DNA of 49,266 bases from a virus. The position numbers and the translations under genes were made by a program. Below the pieces are notes generated by a model. It worked only from the letters and a program-made list of their open reading frames with translations. It did no database searches and was not told where the DNA came from. The DNA lies in the IMG/VR virus record IMGVR_UViG_2710723508_000002, positions 1-49,266 of that record; one strand, 5' to 3'. Shown here one piece after another: positions 1 to 9,325 of this stretch; positions within the stretch are counted from its first letter, which is position 1, and each line of letters starts with the position of its first letter.

Positions 1-90
1 TGAGAAATTGCAACGTCATAGTCGTTGTTTGAACGCTTCAAAACTAGCTTAAACTGCTCTGCCAGTGACTTGTTTTTGTTAGTTTCGATA
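1..90. repeat. Terminal direct repeat copy A, identical to 49177-49266. Interpreted as a circular-assembly overlap.
   Basis: Read directly. The string tgagaaattgcaacgtcatagtcg...tttgttagtttcgata is present at both window ends, 90/90 identical. Confidence 0.97.
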
Positions 91-3000
91 AAAGAAACAA
101 CGTCTTCTTTAGTCACAAACTTAACTACCTCACGTTTTTGTGAACCCTCAACACGGGCTTTGATTTTCTCAGCCTGTCCCTCTTTGACTTCGATACCTAC
201 AGCTTTACGGCCGGACTTTACCGCTTCATCAAGTGTTACACCAGAACCAGCAAACGGGTCGAGTACCACATCGCCTTCGTTGGTCGTCATTTCGATCATC
301 TTCTTGAGCATCTGTGCTGGTTTCTCAGTCTGGTAGCCCTTCGGTCGAACCAGCTTAAAATCAAGTCCCTCAATTTGCTTGTCTGTTTTGCCGCTTTGAG
401 TGAACACCAAGATACCTTCTGGCTGTGCTACCTTTCCGTTTGGAGATGTCACTGGAGAACCATCAGCAAAAGTCTTCTGGTATTCTCCACGACCAACTGG
501 AATAAACCCTTTTGTAGTGAAGAGGTCATTGTACTTTTGCATTTTAGCCAAGCCTGATTTGGCTTGAGAGAACATGTGGATGACTGGTGAGTTCTTGTTG
601 CGCAGAATCTTTTTGACTGCAGTAAGTACCTTGTCGAATTGATTGATTGAAATGAGGTCGTATTTAACACCACGATTTCCACCCTTTACAGCTGGAGTGT
701 CATATGGGATATCAAGAAAAACCATGTCAGCCTTGAAACCTTCCTTGGCGAGTCGAGGTAGCGTAGATACAGCGTCTCCAGGGATGATGACTGCAACATC
801 TTTACCATCACGCTTGACGGTGTACACACCACTATCGACACGTTCAAATTCTCCATCTTTTGCACCCATACCAAGAATACGGCGCACGTTTGGCACCAGG
901 ATATTTGTTTCCTCAGCAATTTCTTTAATTGAAGCCTTACCCTTTTTGGCCACAACTTCCTTAACTTTGTCTTTTTGAGTCTCTGGTTTAGATGCAACTG
1001 CAGTGCCTTTTTTTTGGCTTTGGATAAACTCAACGGCCTTCTTCCTCGTGCTAAATGTGCCGAGTATGATATTTTTTCCATCCTTACTTTCACGCACGAC
1101 AAAACCCATCTCCTTGTCTTCTTTGATTGAGTACTTTTTATCCTTTTTGGTAGTAGTTTTCTTCGGCTCAACTTTGGTCGGTTCGGCTGACTTCGGCTCA
1201 CTTTTCGGAGTTTTTGGCGCGATACGGGCAGCGTTCTGTGCCACCATCTGACGCACTGTAGTGCCACCAGAACGGCGTACACCCCCTTCACTGGTAAGTT
1301 GGTCACTTACGCCATCAACGACGCTCTGACGCTGTTCTGGGGTTAAATCCGGGTAGTCTTTGGCCACTAGCTGTTCAATCGAACTGCGGGTTTGGTTTGA
1401 CGACTCTACAAGCTCACTATCAAAGTTGGTCTTGGAGATACCAGACTCCTCAGTCAAATCATCAATTTTTTGCTGCAAAGTTGCTTTTTGCGCTGGATCA
1501 GTAGCAGCCTCAAGTTCAATCTTGAGCTGTTCAATTTGAGCCATCATTTCTGACTGGCCTTTTTCAAACGTCTCGTTCATTTCATTGAACTGGTCTTGGA
1601 GGTCGGCAGCAGTACGGTCAGCAAAATCTAGTGCCGTGGTTGTATCAGTTTGGCCACTAACAATGTTCTCAACCAGGGTACTGGCTTCTTGTATTCCAAG
1701 CCCTTTGTTACCCAATCCAAGTACAATCTCCTCCGCACTTTTACCATTTTGAAGGTCAGCAGTAATCTGGGGTATTAATTCTTCTAACTCAGCTTCTTTT
1801 TTTGTGTTATTAAGCTGGTCTTGATATTTGCTGTCTACAGCGGCGGCGGCGGCTTCAACAACAGCGGGACTAGTTTTGGCCAATTGTTCAACGATATCAA
1901 CCTTCTCTTCCGCTGTCGTGCTGTCGGAGATTTGATTCTTTTGCTCGGGAGGTAGGTTTTCAACTATCTGATTTATATAATCCTCCTCTGCTTCCTTCTT
2001 CTCTTTTGGTGATGTTGCAAATCCCACTCCTTGGAAAGCTAATCCTCCAATCACACCCAATATAAACGACTGTTGGGCTTCATTTCCAAACATGTCAAAA
2101 TTCTCATCCTCTGCTTTTTTCTGTAAGTAAAGCTGGTAGACTTCCTCCCCACCCTCAGTTGTTGCACCAACTGCGCTGGTGACTGTCCCGTATATCAACT
2201 TGCTCAAAAATGAGCTATCTTTACCTAGTACATTTTTGAACGGGGTAATAGCAAGAGCCAACTGGACAGCATCCAGACCAACAAGTTTCATATTACCCTC
2301 AAAGACCTCTTGAGCAGATGTCATAGCCTCCTCCTCACTCGCGCCTTTCTCCAACATCGCTGTGTATGTATCACCAGCTTCGGATGCAGATTCTATTGGT
2401 CGCATCAGCGCAGAACCAGCCATTGAGCCGGTAACTACTCTCAAAAGAGTAGGGGCTGTTCCCATAACAGCTCCACCTATACCAAGTCCAGGCAAAGCCA
2501 AGGCGACTGATGGTACTAATGTTTGAGGTACATTAGTGAGCCAAAATTCTTTGTAACGCAGTGCTTCTATGGGGTCATCGGCCAGGATAGTTCGTATGGC
2601 TTCCGAGTCTTTTGTGGCTAACTTTTCAGCCATTCCCTCTCCACCCTTCGTCATAAATTCTCCAGCTTTCGTGTAATACTTCCATAACCCAGCATCATCA
2701 TTTGATTTCCCCAAAAATGATAGGGCTTTACCGAACATGTTTACAGTATCCCCTATACCCCGGTTGGCAGAAGCTAAGACCTCGTTTACATCGTGGGAGT
2801 ATTGCTTAAGTAATCCTCTTTTTGTACCTAGTTGTTCTTTAGCAGATTTTAGTTGTTCCGATTGATAGTTAGCCTGTTGGAGCTCTTCTTGAAAATCAGC
2901 AGTCTCTGGTTTTATTCCAAGTAATTTATCAGTCGCACCGAAGGAGTACTGCGTTGACCTCAGCGGAGCAGCCGCGGGGGTAGGTTTAGGAGCTGGCTTT

Positions 3001-3143
3001 AGAGTGCCGCCACTAGCTACGTTCATAGACGCCAAACGCTGCCTAGCCGTTACCGTGGCAGCAGCTGGAGTCGCTGGAGCAGAAGGCGCTGGAGCGTTCT
3101 TACCTGTCTTCATTTTGTTTAGAAGGTCGCGTGCTGTTGACAT
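1..3143 (-). CDS. Giant polyvalent protein, N-terminal part (codons 1-1047 of about 3345). It runs off the left edge and continues at 49176.
   Basis: ATG at 3143, 3 nt after the TAA of the upstream gene. My manual translation is open all the way to base 1. The ORF track shows no ORF of 60 aa or more in 1307-3146, as expected for an ORF with no stop inside the window. The frame (codon starts = 2 mod 3) matches the 42282-49217 ORF across the 90-bp overlap. The product starts MSTARDLLNKMKTGKN and contains Gly-rich hydrophobic segments (LALPGLGIGGAVMG, ILGVIGGLAFQGVGF). Confidence 0.85.
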   Translation of the reverse strand, partial: MSTARDLLNKMKTGKNAPAPSAPATPAAATVTARQRLASMNVASGGTLKPAPKPTPAAAPLRSTQYSFGATDKLLGIKPETADFQEELQQANYQSEQLKSAKEQLGTKRGLLKQYSHDVNEVLASANRGIGDTVNMFGKALSFLGKSNDDAGLWKYYTKAGEFMTKGGEGMAEKLATKDSEAIRTILADDPIEALRYKEFWLTNVPQTLVPSVALALPGLGIGGAVMGTAPTLLRVVTGSMAGSALMRPIESASEAGDTYTAMLEKGASEEEAMTSAQEVFEGNMKLVGLDAVQLALAITPFKNVLGKDSSFLSKLIYGTVTSAVGATTEGGEEVYQLYLQKKAEDENFDMFGNEAQQSFILGVIGGLAFQGVGFATSPKEKKEAEEDYINQIVENLPPEQKNQISDSTTAEEKVDIVEQLAKTSPAVVEAAAAAVDSKYQDQLNNTKKEAELEELIPQITADLQNGKSAEEIVLGLGNKGLGIQEASTLVENIVSGQTDTTTALDFADRTAADLQDQFNEMNETFEKGQSEMMAQIEQLKIELEAATDPAQKATLQQKIDDLTEESGISKTNFDSELVESSNQTRSSIEQLVAKDYPDLTPEQRQSVVDGVSDQLTSEGGVRRSGGTTVRQMVAQNAARIAPKTPKSEPKSAEPTKVEPKKTTTKKDKKYSIKEDKEMGFVVRESKDGKNIILGTFSTRKKAVEFIQSQKKGTAVASKPETQKDKVKEVVAKKGKASIKEIAEETNILVPNVRRILGMGAKDGEFERVDSGVYTVKRDGKDVAVIIPGDAVSTLPRLAKEGFKADMVFLDIPYDTPAVKGGNRGVKYDLISINQFDKVLTAVKKILRNKNSPVIHMFSQAKSGLAKMQKYNDLFTTKGFIPVGRGEYQKTFADGSPVTSPNGKVAQPEGILVFTQSGKTDKQIEGLDFKLVRPKGYQTEKPAQMLKKMIEMTTNEGDVVLDPFAGSGVTLDEAVKSGRKAVGIEVKEGQAEKIKARVEGSQKREVVKFVTKEDVVSFIETNKNKSLAEQFKLVLKRSNNDYDVAIS
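160..790 (-). other. Beta-class (N6A/N4C, PF01555-like) DNA methyltransferase domain embedded in the giant ORF.
   Basis: Translated motifs are DMVFLDIPYD (a variant of motif IV D/SPPY, around nt 694-720) followed by YQTEKPAQMLKKMI and VVLDPFAGSGVT (motif I FxGxG, around nt 240-270). The order IV then I is typical of the beta class. Confidence 0.8.
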
Positions 3144-3146
3144 AGT

Positions 3147-4556
3147 TTATAGTCCTCTGAGTGCATTAATTTCTGCTTGAGTAAGTTTGTAATCCTTAAT
3201 TCTTTCTGAATCTGTATTAATCAGGTAGCCGTATTCAGCTATAAAATCTTTTCTTGAAATTCCTTTTTGTTTAGCCACTGCGAGTGACTCGGCAAATATC
3301 TCAGGGTTTGCATATCCGTCATCTCCAATCACTGGATTGCCGTCATCGTTAGCGGATTCAAAAACTGAATTGAACTCAGCCCATGCGTTATCTTCATCGT
3401 CGCCACCTCCAGCTTGTAATCTATCCTCGGTTCGATTGCGGTTGTACATTTGGTTTTCAATGTTAGCAATTTCAGTCTCGGTTTTTTTAGTCTTCAGTGC
3501 CGCGTCTCTCTTTTCACTAATAGACGTTTGTATTGAACTATAAATATCGTAATAGTCAGTATCAGTAAACATTCCTCCAGAATCACGAATAATTTTCTTG
3601 ACAATTTTATCCATGTCTTCTGGTGTTTTAGCCTCCTCAAAGTCATCCATGTACGTCAAAGCAGCTCGTTTTAGTGCTTTGTCCACTGCTTCTAAGCGTT
3701 TTGTTTCCTTTTCCTCACGCGCTTTTTCGGTAATTTCAAACCTAGTCTGTACTTCTTTTAATAAAAAGTCCACACGTTCTCGCATTTGTTCTTCAACTTT
3801 TCGTAAATCTTCTACCGAATCACGCATTGCTCCAACACGACCTTCTTGGCGTGCTGCTTTTGCTTTGGCAATTAAACTAGTGCGTTCGTTTTCAAGTTTA
3901 GAAATCTCATTTGCATTAGATTGCTCTTGTTTTGAAATTCCCTTAGTGAATTCGAGTGGAACATAACCGCCAAGGTTTTGAACCCCATACGCTTTAACTC
4001 TACCAAGGTCTACTTGGTTTATTTTTACTTGACTATCTAGTAGTTTTTCGTAAGTTGATTCAATATTAGTTACGGTAGATTTATAGGTAGCATCAATAGC
4101 CGCCAAGGTTTTCGGTAAAAGGCGGTCAATTTTCTTTTTTTCTTCGTCGTACCATTGCTGTTCTTTTTTGGTTTCGTCTTCACGATTCTTCAAATAAGCA
4201 TCGTATACAGCGTCACCACTACCATCAGAGGTAGTAGTTGTAGTGGTGGTTGTGTCAGAACCAGTAGGTGTATCTTTCTTTTCGTTAAGTCCAGTGTCTG
4301 GGATGTCTTCCGTAGGTGTCTCTCGATCAGTGATATCGCTTGAGAGACTATTATATTCCCCTACACGGTCTTCTGACGAGATAACTGGAGAACCTACTTG
4401 AATTCTGTCTACAGTGCCTGTAGGGGTCAAAATACCAGCACCAGGAATCATGTCCCCCTCACGAATACCCTGAGCACTAAGGTCATTAATTTGTGTCTCA
4501 GTGAAAGGACTTTCAGTTGTCCCCCTTCCGCTGCGGTCGTCTTTTTTTGGTGGCAT
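3147..4556 (-). CDS. Coiled-coil virion-associated protein of unknown function, with an acidic, poly-Thr N-terminal region.
   Basis: 469-aa ORF with ATG start, packed 1 nt from its neighbours. It has a T8 tract and long E/K-rich heptad-like stretches. It lies between the fibre gene and the giant ORF. Confidence 0.7.
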   Translation of the reverse strand: MPPKKDDRSGRGTTESPFTETQINDLSAQGIREGDMIPGAGILTPTGTVDRIQVGSPVISSEDRVGEYNSLSSDITDRETPTEDIPDTGLNEKKDTPTGSDTTTTTTTTSDGSGDAVYDAYLKNREDETKKEQQWYDEEKKKIDRLLPKTLAAIDATYKSTVTNIESTYEKLLDSQVKINQVDLGRVKAYGVQNLGGYVPLEFTKGISKQEQSNANEISKLENERTSLIAKAKAARQEGRVGAMRDSVEDLRKVEEQMRERVDFLLKEVQTRFEITEKAREEKETKRLEAVDKALKRAALTYMDDFEEAKTPEDMDKIVKKIIRDSGGMFTDTDYYDIYSSIQTSISEKRDAALKTKKTETEIANIENQMYNRNRTEDRLQAGGGDDEDNAWAEFNSVFESANDDGNPVIGDDGYANPEIFAESLAVAKQKGISRKDFIAEYGYLINTDSERIKDYKLTQAEINALRGL

Positions 4557-4557
4557 A

Positions 4558-6039
4558 TTAATATTTGACTATATAGGTTAAGGCCAAGAACGGTGGCATG
4601 TTGTTGTGGGGGGTGTCAGAGCCGACTGAACCTGTATTTCCAGCACTACCAATACCTCCAGAAGTACCACCTCCGCCACTTGTCTGACTTTCGGCGGAGT
4701 GTACATGACTTGCCAATTCTTCTGTTTGAATAGTGTGACTTTCTTCTCCCCCTTCTGCTGCTAGCGCACGGTCAGTAAGCGTGAGGGTAAGGGTGTGGGT
4801 ACCACCACCAGCGGCTGCGGTAATGTTTACAGCGGTTCCATCGTCTGCATTAGCGCGTGAGGTAGCAAGTTTAATTGTTGTGTCAGAAACATAAATGACG
4901 TAGTAGGTAGTGGCTGAAAGTCCGGTTGGTAGTGCTCCTCCAGAGTTTGTGAGAGCAACGGCTTGACCTGTATACAGAAATTGGTTTGAAGGCACTGTAA
5001 TAACATCAGTACCTGTATTGACATCAGCATCAAGAAAGTCAAAGGTCTTAACCTTTTGCCCGACTCCAATGATGACTGACCCTCTTATATCAGGAACCTT
5101 GAATTCAGTATGGAAATAATGAGTACTTGAGCCAGTGTCTGTGATATCCACCGCTGAGCCTCCAGCAGTCTCAGAGACTTTGAAGGTATTGGTGGTCGCG
5201 TCTCGAACATAATAGGCAGTATTCAAAGACAATCCAGCTGGGAGTGTACCGAGAGTACTAAAGAAAAGCATGTCACCGTCGCTCAGCCCGTGCGCAGTAG
5301 CTGTAATGATATCTGTGACAGCGGCGGTAAATGTGGACCCTGCGTTATACCCATATCTACCCTTAGCAATTAAAGCCAACGCTGAGTAAGTGTCATTGGC
5401 ATAAGCTGTACCATCACAAAGCAAGAACCCAGTCGGAGCGGTATCACCCATGTACGGTAAAGGAATACCAACCATTGCGTCGAGGAAAGTCTTTTGATTA
5501 GCACTAGGTAACCTAGTTGCATATTTTGAAGCTCCCAATTTAGCTGGTGTGACAACTAGAGGGGCAGAAGTATCACCACTGCCATCTGCGGCATCTGCGT
5601 CAACCTCAGCGGTTGTGGCTACTTCACTAATACCTTTTATTGAGGTAGTTGCGTCTGGCGCTCCAGCAATAGCCAATGCATCAGCATAAGCTTTAGTAAT
5701 TTGGTATACCGTGTATGGGTCATTACCGCAAACAACCTCAGCCCCAGAGCCAAAGTCTTCACCGATAGCACTGCCTGTATACGGGTATTTAGCTGCAATA
5801 TCACGGCCGTTGGTGGCGACGTCGAGTGTGGCCGAACCATCGTCATTTTGAGTCAAATTATCACATATAACCATTTCGACAGTAGAGCCTTGACGAACTG
5901 TTACAACAAACAAGTTGTCAAAATCAGCAATGACCAAGGCATTTCCTTTATGGTCAACAAATTCTTTAACAGTGAAGCTGGTGTCAGTAGAACTGAAAGG
6001 AGAGAGTGTGGATGTTTTGCGAACTTTTATGATTTCCAT
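4558..6039 (-). CDS. Tail fibre / receptor-binding protein with a phage tail-collar domain.
   Basis: Collar-domain signatures are present: GIPLPYMGDTAPTGFLLCDGTAY..YSALALI, FKVPDIRGSVIIGVG and the C-terminal HNNMPPFLALTYIVKY. Confidence 0.85.
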   Translation of the reverse strand: MEIIKVRKTSTLSPFSSTDTSFTVKEFVDHKGNALVIADFDNLFVVTVRQGSTVEMVICDNLTQNDDGSATLDVATNGRDIAAKYPYTGSAIGEDFGSGAEVVCGNDPYTVYQITKAYADALAIAGAPDATTSIKGISEVATTAEVDADAADGSGDTSAPLVVTPAKLGASKYATRLPSANQKTFLDAMVGIPLPYMGDTAPTGFLLCDGTAYANDTYSALALIAKGRYGYNAGSTFTAAVTDIITATAHGLSDGDMLFFSTLGTLPAGLSLNTAYYVRDATTNTFKVSETAGGSAVDITDTGSSTHYFHTEFKVPDIRGSVIIGVGQKVKTFDFLDADVNTGTDVITVPSNQFLYTGQAVALTNSGGALPTGLSATTYYVIYVSDTTIKLATSRANADDGTAVNITAAAGGGTHTLTLTLTDRALAAEGGEESHTIQTEELASHVHSAESQTSGGGGTSGGIGSAGNTGSVGSDTPHNNMPPFLALTYIVKY

Positions 6040-6066
6040 ATAGTTATTTTAACACTTATTAAATGA

Positions 6067-7881
6067 CTATTCCCTATTAATAAACAAGTCAGGGTCAAGA
6101 AGGTCGTCAGAATCTTCTTCATTAATCATCCAGGCCAAAACCTGAAATTCTGCGTCGCTACCGGTGATATTCAAAACGGGACGGAAATCGAACCAGGAAA
6201 CCATCTCTTGCTGATCGAACAAGAAAAATCCCTTGAGAGGGTTCTCAGGCACATCATCAACACCTGCAAAACTGTGTGAAGCAAAGGGATTTGCACCAAA
6301 ACTGACGTCAGTAGACACGTCATACGTTTTGATGTTCTTGACCTTAAACTGCGCCGGTTTTAGATGTTCAGCCCCAAATTCTTCGTATTGGTACTCCATA
6401 TCACAGACAGCCGTGACTGTACCGCGGCCATGTATACCAAACTTATCATGCTTCTTTGGAGTGAAGTTTTGTTTGTCGCTACCATGTGTAAAACCAAAGG
6501 CAATAGTGGAGGCAATCTGGCCATCTAGGTCATTTCGTCCAGAAAATAATTCAAACGTTTCATTGCGCGAGTTACTGTGGCCGTAGCGCAGACCATCAAT
6601 AATACTCATACAGCTCATGCCTATTTCCTGAGGCGGCATGTATTCTCCTTCAATAATATCTAACATTAGCGTGACCCCTTCCCCCGCAGAGATGACAAAA
6701 ACATACCGTTGGTGGTAGTAGATACGGATATCCTCAAGCTCTAAGCGGTCAAGTAGTCCGTCAATCTGGTCTGAAATAAGCTCAATGTCATCAATACCAA
6801 GTACTTCAAGGGTGATGATGCGACGCAAACGCTTGTCTTGCGCCATAAATACTACGTCTCCCTTCTGAATTGCCACCGCAAAAGGCTTGGCTCCAATAGA
6901 TTCAGCTGCTTCAAACTTCTCTACGGTAGTCCAGAATCCGTAGGCATTTTCTTCAATCGCCTTAGTAATTTTGTACCAGTCATCAACAGTAGAAATCCAC
7001 AAAATGCCCTTACGTTCAATCATGGCGGTGTAGTTACCATCTAGGTCTAAAAGCCCCGCTGTGACGGCTGTAGTGGTCACTGGGACGGTAAAATCGAGCG
7101 GTTCAATAGCATCTGAGTAGTAGATACGTCCTGACTCTAGACTTGCAACATAAAGCTGGTTTTTAGAAGAATAAACGTCATCCTTTTCAATACCTGTCAA
7201 GATGTCAGTGTGTTTTACAACTGACGCCATCAGTAAGTCTCCAGCGGCTTGAACCGGAGAAGGTGTACTTCCTAGAGTGAGACTGTCATTGCTAGAGAGT
7301 GCGTCTTCGTGTGTATATTCAGTGTAGTCATCTGGAACACCATTTGCATCGAGTGAGACAATTTGCACGTTCTGTGGTGTGGTGTCGCCTGGGTCAAAGC
7401 CTAACTGCAGCAATGTCTTAGTGTCTGAAATTCTCACTAATCCTCCAGCGTCACCCCCTTGAATTGCAGCAATGGTTCCAATCGCTCCGTTCCATTCGTA
7501 CACAGCATCAGAGCCGTCTACCATATAAAGCCGACTCTTAATAATTGCACCGTTAGTGTCAATCCAAGAAGTGAAACGGACGCGGGTAGTGTCCGCACTA
7601 AACCCGGCATAGAGAGTGATCCATTTGCCATTCCACTTCACCTGCAGAGTAGTACCCCAAACCCGGAGAGCCTTAGCTCCTCCCGGGGCTTTCTTCCAAA
7701 CAAACTCGCTATGAACTTTAGTATTCTCAGTATGGGCTGTTCCGTCGTTCTTGATACCAAGACGAGTAATAATCTTACCCTTGTAGGTAAGACAGTTTTT
7801 ACTCGGGTACGCCAAATAGTTTGGTGGAATTGTGAGGATGTCTTGCCCCTCTCGATACCCTTTAAAGTTTTGAATTATCAT
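6067..7881 (-). CDS. Large virion (tail/nozzle-like) structural protein.
   Basis: 604-aa ORF in the tail module, translationally packed against its neighbours. I recognise no motif. Confidence 0.6.
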   Translation of the reverse strand: MIIQNFKGYREGQDILTIPPNYLAYPSKNCLTYKGKIITRLGIKNDGTAHTENTKVHSEFVWKKAPGGAKALRVWGTTLQVKWNGKWITLYAGFSADTTRVRFTSWIDTNGAIIKSRLYMVDGSDAVYEWNGAIGTIAAIQGGDAGGLVRISDTKTLLQLGFDPGDTTPQNVQIVSLDANGVPDDYTEYTHEDALSSNDSLTLGSTPSPVQAAGDLLMASVVKHTDILTGIEKDDVYSSKNQLYVASLESGRIYYSDAIEPLDFTVPVTTTAVTAGLLDLDGNYTAMIERKGILWISTVDDWYKITKAIEENAYGFWTTVEKFEAAESIGAKPFAVAIQKGDVVFMAQDKRLRRIITLEVLGIDDIELISDQIDGLLDRLELEDIRIYYHQRYVFVISAGEGVTLMLDIIEGEYMPPQEIGMSCMSIIDGLRYGHSNSRNETFELFSGRNDLDGQIASTIAFGFTHGSDKQNFTPKKHDKFGIHGRGTVTAVCDMEYQYEEFGAEHLKPAQFKVKNIKTYDVSTDVSFGANPFASHSFAGVDDVPENPLKGFFLFDQQEMVSWFDFRPVLNITGSDAEFQVLAWMINEEDSDDLLDPDLFINRE

Positions 7882-7882
7882 A

Positions 7883-9322
7883 TTAGCTGTATCTATAGAA
7901 CGCTACAAAAGGTGTGCCAGCGAAGAGTATGTCTGGCGGAGTAGTGAACGTGATGATATTGGTAGACAAGGTATAGTCCACTCCTTGTTGCAAGTAGGTA
8001 CCGTTCAACCAGAGCATGAGTGAACTGCCTGGGTTTGGCGTCTCAGAGAGCGTGAAGGTGGCATTGACGCCGTCTATAGTGCCACTTGGTGTCTCATTGT
8101 CTGCAAAGTTAGTACCTGTGTAGACGGCTTCTAGTTCCACACCGGCCTTTAGATTCATTCCGATTGAATCTGGCAAGTACGGCATTCTATCGTCGTGAAG
8201 AGTGTTGTATGACACAGGCTCTTCGGTTGAAGGGAATTTCTCCCAATATGAGTTATAGACCCGTGAGAGTTGCCCAGTGAAATTGTCAAAACCACTACGA
8301 CTCTGACGAATCTTAGTGTTACCTTGAGCAATCAAAAGCACAGTCTCATAGTGGAGGATGTCGCGAGCCTCTTGTGCTAGGTTGACGAGGTCGCCCTTTG
8401 CTGGTGACTCTTTCCAAGCCCCTGTAGTACCGTCAATGAACATTCGATTTGAGTAGTACTCGAAGTAGTAGTGCGCTGACTTCTGCAGTGTGATTTTGTC
8501 GATAATGACTGTCTCTTCTTCACCGGCAGTGGTTTCAATAACCAGCTCCCAACTGGCAATGGAAGTAAACACTGGGGTACCAGTGGCAACACGATTCGCA
8601 AGTGTCAATCGAACCATGTTGAGTCCGTTAATGAAGTTGTCTCCGATACTATCAGTAACAGATGACAGAGTGATGTAGTTGTCATCATCGTTCTTAAATC
8701 TGAACTTCACTACTGCGATATTCTCAGCGTTCTCAAACACGGCTGGGATGATGACCAAACCATTCAAAAAGTCGCTGATATCAAGTTCGTTATCAAATGT
8801 ATCACTGACTGTGTTTGCTCCCGGAGTGGCTGAGTTAGGAGAAAACTGACGTTGCAGTGCACCACTGCCAGAAATAAAGTTGAACTGATTTACGGTCAAA
8901 GTCTCGTCAGACACCTTAGTACCAATCTCGTCCATCTCGTCAATTGTGAGTACTGTGTACGGTATTGACTGGCGAACCAAAAGAAAACGTACCCCATTAA
9001 TGTATTCAAGTGTGAATAAGTCCTTCTTGTTTTGACTGAAAAAGTGTGCTGGGTCAGTATAGGTTGCGACCGGGCGCCGGTCATGTGGCTGCTTGTAGAT
9101 AGCACTAGGTACACGCACATCCTCTGGACAGTAGTACACAACCATGTTGTTGGCGATACCACCAAAAATAGGCACTCTACGCTTGAGTGTTTCAGGATTT
9201 ATGTTATTCAGAGTATTTCGAGCACCTCGTTTGAGTTGCGCAAAAAAGTCTAGGGACATGGCTTTCCCTCCTTCAAATTCCCCGCGAATCTCTGTGATGG
9301 CCTCTGATACTTGATAAGACAT
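7883..9322 (-). CDS. Virion structural protein with a C-terminal Ig-like/beta-sandwich module.
   Basis: 479-aa ORF. The C-terminal pattern GVNATFTLSETPNPGSSLMLWLNGTYLQQGVDYTLSTNIITFTTPP is typical of phage structural Ig-like repeats. Confidence 0.6.
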   Translation of the reverse strand: MSYQVSEAITEIRGEFEGGKAMSLDFFAQLKRGARNTLNNINPETLKRRVPIFGGIANNMVVYYCPEDVRVPSAIYKQPHDRRPVATYTDPAHFFSQNKKDLFTLEYINGVRFLLVRQSIPYTVLTIDEMDEIGTKVSDETLTVNQFNFISGSGALQRQFSPNSATPGANTVSDTFDNELDISDFLNGLVIIPAVFENAENIAVVKFRFKNDDDNYITLSSVTDSIGDNFINGLNMVRLTLANRVATGTPVFTSIASWELVIETTAGEEETVIIDKITLQKSAHYYFEYYSNRMFIDGTTGAWKESPAKGDLVNLAQEARDILHYETVLLIAQGNTKIRQSRSGFDNFTGQLSRVYNSYWEKFPSTEEPVSYNTLHDDRMPYLPDSIGMNLKAGVELEAVYTGTNFADNETPSGTIDGVNATFTLSETPNPGSSLMLWLNGTYLQQGVDYTLSTNIITFTTPPDILFAGTPFVAFYRYS

Positions 9323-9325
9323 ATA

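Noticed and set aside
1-90. The 90-bp terminal repeat could be a genuine T7-like direct terminal repeat of a linear genome.
   Set aside because: A long ORF reads through the repeat in frame on both sides. A physical end here would truncate the largest gene.
686-1306. The 206-aa minus-strand ORF from the track.
   Set aside because: It is out of frame with, and entirely nested inside, the junction-spanning giant ORF. Its translation is basic and low-complexity, typical of an alternative-frame artefact.
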